Below, piece after piece: positions 62,630-63,758 of a stretch of DNA of 63,758 bases; position 1 is the first letter of the stretch; every line of letters starts with the position of its first letter. Made by a program: the position numbers and the translations under genes. The notes under the pieces are model-generated. The model made no database searches and was not told the origin of the DNA. It worked only from the letters and a program-made list of their open reading frames with translations. The stretch is from Chiloscyllium plagiosum (taxonomy: Eukaryota): contig NC_057718.1 in the NCBI RefSeq assembly GCF_004010195.1, positions 78,916,676 through 78,980,433 of the forward strand, written 5' to 3'.

Positions 62630-63248
62630 GGGCGGCACAGTGGCAAGTGGTTAGCACTGCTGCCCCACAGCGCCAGAGACCCTGGTTCAATTCCCGCCTC
62701 AGGCAACTGTCTGTGTGGAGTTTGCACACACTCCCAGTGCCTGCATGGGTTTCCTCCGGGTGCTCCGATTTCCTCCCACAGTCCAAAGAAAAATGTGCAG
62801 GTTAGGTGATTTGGCCATGCTAAAATTGCACGTAGTGTTAGGTGAAGGGGTAAATGTAGAGGAATGAGTCTGTGGGTGGGTTGCTCTTCGGAGGGTCGGT
62901 GTGGATGTGTTGGGCCGAAGCCCCTGTTAAAAACTGGGCGGCCAGGTGGCACAGTGGTTAGCACTGTTGCCTTACAGTGCCAGAGACCCGGGTTCAATTC
63001 CCGCCTCAGGCAACTGTCTGTGTGGAGTTTGCACATTCTCCCCGTGTTTGCGTGGGTTACCTCCGGGTGCTCTGGTTTCCTCCCACAGTCCAAAGATGTG
63101 CAGGTTAGGTGAATTGGCCATGCTAAATTGCCAGTAGTGTTAGGTGACGGGGTAAATACAGGGGAATGGGTCTGGGTGGGTTGCTCTTTTGGAGGGTCAG
63201 TGTGGACTTGTTGGGCCGAAGGGCCTGTTTCCACATTGTAAGTAATCA
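62630..63248 (+). mobile_element. Head-to-tail pair of HE1 V-SINEs (62630-62927 and 62945-63248)
   Basis: Two consecutive head, V-domain and tail units separated by about 17 nt. Confidence 0.9.
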
Positions 63249-63440
63249 ATTATATTTTATGGGCAGTGTTTTCTTCGAATGGCCCTTTATAATTGATTTG
63301 TCAGAATGTTAGATGAACAGACTCTTCTAGCTCCTACTCGAGCCAGTGTTTCTTCACCTGACATGTTTTTAACAACACATTGGCTTGGGAAGCCAAGAAA
63401 ATCCAGTGAATAATCATTCTTGATCTCTTCCACCAAGAAT

Positions 63441-63758
63441 ATGATTCGGAGATGCCGGTGTTGGACTGGGGTGTACAAAGTTTAAAAATCACATCACCAG
63501 GTTATAGTCCAACAGGTTTAATTGGAAACACACTAGCTTTCGGCGCGACGCTCCTTCATCAGTGATTGTGGAGGGCTCAATCGTAACACAGAATTTATAG
63601 CAAAAATTTGCAGTGTGATGTAACTGAAATTATACATTGAATTCTCCTCTGTGGTCCAGGACATTCAGCCTCAGACCTTCGGGTGACCATCCTCCAAGGT
63701 GGACTTCGGGACAGGCAGCAGAGGAAAGTGGCCGAGCAGAGGCTGATAGCTAAGTTCG
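63441..63758. mobile_element. PLE family B terminus (-) joined to GIY-YIG C-terminus (+), runs off the window
   Basis: Arm homologous to 16278-16680 with hammerhead core (minus strand CUGAUGA...GAAAGCUA, about 63533-63563), then DLRVTILQGGLRDRQQRKVAEQRLIAKF. Confidence 0.85.

Noticed and set aside
62946..63020. tRNA-like A/B boxes
   Set aside because: These are HE1 SINE heads continuing into the V-domain, not tRNA genes.

Overview
Repeat-dense vertebrate genomic DNA, almost certainly from a shark or other elasmobranch, judged by the HE1/V-SINEs, HER1/CR1 LINEs and a SacSINE1-like DeuSINE. It has three N gaps. Nearly all ORFs in the track are retroelement debris (CR1, Penelope-like elements [PLEs], Rex1, solo LTRs, Harbinger, pogo-like). 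The only host-gene signal is a CpG-rich, probably bidirectional promoter at about 41.6-42.3 kb with RFX-like and YY1 motifs. On the + strand it has a candidate first exon with uORFs. On the - strand it has a non-coding exon 1 and a 51-nt ATG-containing exon that ends in a U12-type (minor spliceosome) donor, GTATCCTT. Neither gene could be named. The most unusual system is a set of short, TSD-flanked, palindromic PLE-derived elements carrying minimal type I hammerhead ribozyme motifs on both strands; three distinct PLE/hammerhead families occur in the window. Also present are a multi-level nested insertion, a foldback DNA element with modular TIRs, a solo LTR that splits a Harbinger Myb/SANT reading frame, and an unclassified 1.1 kb inverted duplicate. 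Coordinates were read by eye and old-repeat boundaries are approximate.
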